A stretch of 64,000 nt of DNA, taken from the IMG/VR virus record IMGVR_UViG_3300040946_000488. One strand, given 5' to 3'. The translations under genes were made by a program, and so were the position numbers. The stretch is from an uncultured virus (IMG/VR IMGVR_UViG_3300040946_000488). Lineage: Duplodnaviria > Heunggongvirae > Uroviricota > Caudoviricetes. Below, in pieces: positions 60,135 through 64,000 of the stretch (position 1 is its first letter; each line of letters starts with the position of its first letter). The notes under the pieces are model-generated. The model made no database searches and was not told the DNA's origin. It worked only from the letters and a program-made list of their open reading frames with translations.

Positions 60135-60650
60135 CAGGCATGCTCCTGGCACAGGATGGAAGCCAGCCAGAACCCGGATCCGACGAGGGCGACCAGATCT
60201 GCCGAGGTCGCCAGGACGGACTTGCCCATGGGCAAGGCCCACAGGGCGGCAAGGCACGCGGCAGCCAGGAAAAGCTTCATTTCCTGGTCACCCTCACCTC
60301 ATATTCATGGCCGTCCATGCCGATGAACTTCGTCGAGGTCTCGGGCCGGCTCGACTATGATGCCCAGTGCCCCGCCACGTAATGTGCGGCACTCCACGAC
60401 GTCCAGTCTGTATATAATGCCCCGTTCCGTCTTGACTGCGGACCATCTAGGATCTTCGGGATCCGGTAGATGGAAGGGTCCTATGTCATGTCTCCTGGCC
60501 ACGTTCACCGTGGAAAGAGGATTTCCCCCTGGTGGCACCATCTCGGATCCTGGATCCATTCCGGGATCCTCCTTGCCCTTCCCGAAAAGCCACGAGATGA
60601 AGTCCCTGATGCCCATGTCAGTCAATATCCTGGTCCAATCATCATCATAT

Positions 60651-61520
60651 TCATGTCCGTCTACGCCGACGAACCTCGTTGATGATGAACCCCTCGGGCG
60701 TGAAGAGGCCGTCGGACATCCCCTCCACCCCGCCCGACGACGCCAGCAAGGTCACCGCCAGCGACGGGATGTCGACATTGCACTGTTCCAGGATGATGTC
60801 GCAAGCATGCTCGTAGTCGTGATCGAGCAACTCCAGGAGGCGCTGGCCAGGGTTGGAGAGATCTTGGACCATGTATCTTTGCAATGCCTTCACCAGGTCG
60901 AAGGCCGGGATGACCTCCTTGCGCACGTTGGTGGCCAGGGGCTTCAGTCCGGACTCCTGCCACATCTCCCAGAACCGTGGATCGCCGTGCTGGGCCAGGG
61001 ACCTGATCTCTTCCCTGGTCTCGGCCACCAGCCATGGTCCCAGGTCTGCCAGGTCGGCATGCTTCGACAACGCCTCGTAGATCACCTTGGAGTCCAGATC
61101 CGACATGTCGTCGAGGATTCCGTCGGCCTGGATGGACTCCAGGATGGCCGTCATGCATTGCTTCTCTTCTTCCGCCCGCGTGACGACGACGAATGCCCGG
61201 CCGCTGCCATCCTGGGCCTCCACGACCACCCGGCCTTCGCGTTCCAGGGAGCCTGACAAGGCCGTGAATACGAGATTGAACTCCCTCGCCACCGCGGCGA
61301 GGGCTCCCTCGATGGTCAGTGGGACAGGCTTCACGGTGCTATCTTCTATCATGACTGGCCTCTTCAGCAATGCCCCCAGCGACGGTCCGGGCCGGAGCGC
61401 TGACAGGGACTTCATTGTATGTGAGGACGGGACGAGCCTCGTCTCGACCTCCCGGACGATCAAGCCTGGCCATACCCGTTTCACTGCCCCCTGCGGGGAC
61501 GGCGGGCCTGCCCACCCCAT
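60651..61520 (-). CDS. hypothetical acidic protein (start uncertain)
   Basis: High GC3; predicted ATG lies inside element G. Confidence 0.6.
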   Translation of the reverse strand: MGWAGPPSPQGAVKRVWPGLIVREVETRLVPSSHTMKSLSALRPGPSLGALLKRPVMIEDSTVKPVPLTIEGALAAVAREFNLVFTALSGSLEREGRVVVEAQDGSGRAFVVVTRAEEEKQCMTAILESIQADGILDDMSDLDSKVIYEALSKHADLADLGPWLVAETREEIRSLAQHGDPRFWEMWQESGLKPLATNVRKEVIPAFDLVKALQRYMVQDLSNPGQRLLELLDHDYEHACDIILEQCNVDIPSLAVTLLASSGGVEGMSDGLFTPEGFIINEVRRRRRT

Positions 61521-61567
61521 CCCTGCCCCACGCGCTTCGCGAGCTTTGCTCGCTCCGCGCGCCCTTG
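61487..61567 (-). repeat. 81-bp element variant (copy G)
   Basis: 63-bp unit plus 18 bp in the hairpin-1 region. Confidence 0.85.
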
Positions 61568-61623
61568 CCCGCGATCTGCCCAGCCAGGCGAAACAGTCGT
61601 TGAGGCATAAAGATCATCTTCCC

Positions 61624-62529
61624 TCACCCCCCGACGCGGACCTTGGCCCATTCGATGTCGATGGCAGCCTTGATGAAATCGCTCATGGCGAAGGTGTCCA
61701 GGCAGCGATGGTACTCGTCCTTGTCGATCTTGCCAAGGTGGTACCGGGAGCGCAGCAAGATCAGGGACGTCTGGATGGCGTCCTGCAGGCAGTACCGGCC
61801 CACGGAATCCATCTTGGCCCTGGCCTCGGCGGTTGGGATCCCGCGGGTGGACTTGACGACGTCGTTGACCGAGGCACCTGTCATGTCGGTCTTGCCCGGC
61901 AGCCCGATCAGGTGTGCCATGTCGGTGAGCTTCATGTTCCTGGCCGCCCCGTAGTCGCCCAGGAAATCCATCAGGTCGATGTGCCCCTCGTCCGAGTAGC
62001 GGTACCGCATGCCCCGATTTTCGTAATACCAGCCGAAAGGGATGCCGTGCTTGAGGCTGCGCATGGACAGGACCGGCAGGTCGAAGCCCCGGCCGTTCCA
62101 GGTGACCAGGTTGATGCCCGATTGCTTCTTCATCTCCCGGCCGAAGGCCCCGAGGATGCCCTGCTCTATCTCGTCCGCGAGATCCGAGATCCACGGATCG
62201 CTGTCCGTGGCCCACTGGCTGGTGGAATACCCGTCGACGAGGCGGTACCTCGGGAACTCGGGATCGATGTCCATGACGACGTCGACCCAGGCCACCGCCA
62301 CCACCCTGTGGGCTTGCGGGGGCGGGAACTGCTCTACCTTGCTCACGCAGGCATGCGGATATCCCTCCACCACCTGGATGGCCTCACCCAAGAGACTGCC
62401 CTTGATCGGTACGTGCGGTTTGGGACTGAGATTGCCCCCAAGGCCGGGAACCAGCTTGTACTGATCTTCCCCGGGGGTCCAGACGGAAGGATCCGGGATG
62501 GTCTCGATGTCCAATACCCGGAAGATCAT
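61624..62529 (-). CDS. PolB-related 3'-5' exonuclease
   Basis: LDIETIPD, LVTWNGRGFDLPVL, HIDLMD, YCLQD. Confidence 0.9.
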   Translation of the reverse strand: MIFRVLDIETIPDPSVWTPGEDQYKLVPGLGGNLSPKPHVPIKGSLLGEAIQVVEGYPHACVSKVEQFPPPQAHRVVAVAWVDVVMDIDPEFPRYRLVDGYSTSQWATDSDPWISDLADEIEQGILGAFGREMKKQSGINLVTWNGRGFDLPVLSMRSLKHGIPFGWYYENRGMRYRYSDEGHIDLMDFLGDYGAARNMKLTDMAHLIGLPGKTDMTGASVNDVVKSTRGIPTAEARAKMDSVGRYCLQDAIQTSLILLRSRYHLGKIDKDEYHRCLDTFAMSDFIKAAIDIEWAKVRVGG

Positions 62530-63200
62530 GATTGCGCCTCCCCGGCCTCTCTCCAGCCTGGCCTGCCATGCAGGCGATCGTGCAAGATCCAGAAACGATC
62601 CAGGAACCTCCGCCGTGCCTCAGCCGGAGGATGGCACATGATCATGTAATTGCCAGGCACCGGGCGTTGGCGATCTGTCCACCATTCGAGCCGCACGGGA
62701 TTAAACAGGCTCACGACCTCGACGGACAGTGCCTGCTGGTCTGCCTCCTGGACGACGGGAGGCAAGTCGTTCAATGCCTCCCCCAGCCCGAAGGCCCGGC
62801 CGATGGCCGACAGCCAACGATGCTCCAGTTCCATGGTAGGGGTGCAGACACCTTCTTTGACGAAGCTGAAGGAATCAATGGTGCGCTTCACGGGGGTGGT
62901 CAGATCGCCGGTGTATGCCTCGGCGGCATCGTGCATGAGCAAGATGAGGTTCAGGCGATCATAATCCTTGTCCTGGAATCGTTCGTGCCCTGGCTTCCTC
63001 CCCTCGATCTCCCTCGCCATCGGCCTCCCCATCGTCTCCACGAGCAGGGAATGCTCCGCCACGGAGTAGAAGTCCCGGCAATGGCCCCCGAACCGGCAGG
63101 ACATGGACAGCGCATGGGCGATGTCCTGGATATCGATCATCTCGGGAGTCGGATTCTCGATGTCGACGATCTTGCCGGTGAACGTCTGCAGCCAGCGCAT
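62526..63200 (-). CDS. HD-domain deoxynucleotidase (YfbR-like)
   Basis: DIAHALS..CRFGGH..FYSVAEHS, LMHDAAEAY. Confidence 0.9.
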   Translation of the reverse strand: MRWLQTFTGKIVDIENPTPEMIDIQDIAHALSMSCRFGGHCRDFYSVAEHSLLVETMGRPMAREIEGRKPGHERFQDKDYDRLNLILLMHDAAEAYTGDLTTPVKRTIDSFSFVKEGVCTPTMELEHRWLSAIGRAFGLGEALNDLPPVVQEADQQALSVEVVSLFNPVRLEWWTDRQRPVPGNYMIMCHPPAEARRRFLDRFWILHDRLHGRPGWREAGEAQS

Positions 63201-63482
63201 CAGACGATCCCCATGGCCAGCAAGACGGTTTCCGGCATGGCAGGGAACCTGTCGCCGACCTTGTGGCGCGGATGCCCGGCATATTCGACATACATCTCGA
63301 ACACGGTCGCGTGGCGATCTTCATTATCTTCGATGTCTTCCCCAAACTCGACCGTGACCCTCGTCACGATCCCGTGCTTCCCATACGCCACCTCGTGGCT
63401 GGCCACCCGCGTGACCCGAGCGAAAACATCCTTGGCCATCGTGTCTCCTTCGTCTCGATGTTTCTCCATCTGCCGAAAACTT

Positions 63483-63512
63483 ATCTCTACGCCTCCTCGA
63501 ACGAGGTGTCAA
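63483..63512 (-). promoter_or_regulatory. promoter with conserved spacer motif
   Basis: TTGACAcctcgttcg...TAGAGAT. Confidence 0.65.
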
Positions 63513-63523
63513 CAGGAATCCGA

Positions 63524-63973
63524 TCAGTTCCCGCTCGCACCATCATGCAGCTTGATCACTGCCTCCAACTGCTCGCGGCACATCTTCACGAAAAGCTCGC
63601 AGGGAGCATCCCCCAGGACCGACATCAGCTTGTGCAGGCACACTCCCATGACCCCCATGTGCAAGTGCAGCATTGCCTTCTCGGGAGGAGCCAGCCCGAT
63701 CGTCTCCAGCATGGACGACATCCGATCGTTGGACTTGAGGGCCATCTCGGCGACCTTGGCGGATGCCTCCGGGGTTTCCATGACCGGCACCTCCGTCGAT
63801 ATGGAGGTAGCATCCTCCAGCAACATCAGGGAACACCTGGCATACGTGTCCTTGAGGAGTTCCGGCATCATGCTCGCGGTGCCCATGAAGTACACCAGGT
63901 AAGCATGCACCGTCTTCACGAGGCGATCGGACGCCTCCTCGTCGAGCCCCACGCGATCGGCCTCTCCCCGCAT
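63524..63973 (-). CDS. hypothetical protein
   Basis: GAGG RBS, high GC3. Confidence 0.6.
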   Translation of the reverse strand: MRGEADRVGLDEEASDRLVKTVHAYLVYFMGTASMMPELLKDTYARCSLMLLEDATSISTEVPVMETPEASAKVAEMALKSNDRMSSMLETIGLAPPEKAMLHLHMGVMGVCLHKLMSVLGDAPCELFVKMCREQLEAVIKLHDGASGN

Positions 63974-64000
63974 CCTCGCGGACCCGCTATTCCATAGTTC

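Noticed and set aside
15995..63200. Z-genome pathway (PurZ plus DatZ-like HD enzyme)
   Set aside because: The PurA homolog keeps the catalytic Asp rather than PurZ Ser; YfbR-like HD genes are common; no MazZ recognised
61087..63902. Long + strand ORFs (520 aa, 456 aa and similar elsewhere)
   Set aside because: Antisense shadows of well-supported - strand genes in GC-rich DNA

Overview
GC-rich window packed with short genes that often overlap (ATGA junctions). A + strand block (1-19.7 kb) converges on a - strand block (19.8-64 kb). No tRNA, rRNA, CRISPR or virion genes were recognised. The content best fits the non-structural region of a large or jumbo bacteriophage; a Myxococcota/Deltaproteobacteria-like host is inferred, not shown. 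Recognisable genes: three DNA methyltransferases, nucleotide-metabolism enzymes (PurA-like, PyrE-PyrF fusion, ThyX-like, Tmk, HD nucleotidase), stand-alone host-like transcription/replication domains (RNAP alpha-CTD, DnaA domain IV, FliA-like sigma, PhaR N-terminus, RRM), glycosyltransferases, a HerA-like ATPase and a CHAP endolysin. Main observations: (1) a 63-bp (21-codon) double-hairpin element at 8 loci, inserted inside ORFs without breaking the frame, read in four different frames, with compensatory stem changes and GNA loops; (2) an IS1595-family transposon with a passenger gene, plus two transposase-less single-gene cassettes that share related ends but carry unrelated cargo; (3) a J-domain pseudokinase / vWA / divergent PurA trio; (4) a repeated promoter motif TTGACAC(C/T)T(C/T)GTTC. 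All calls come from reading motifs by eye; no database search was run.
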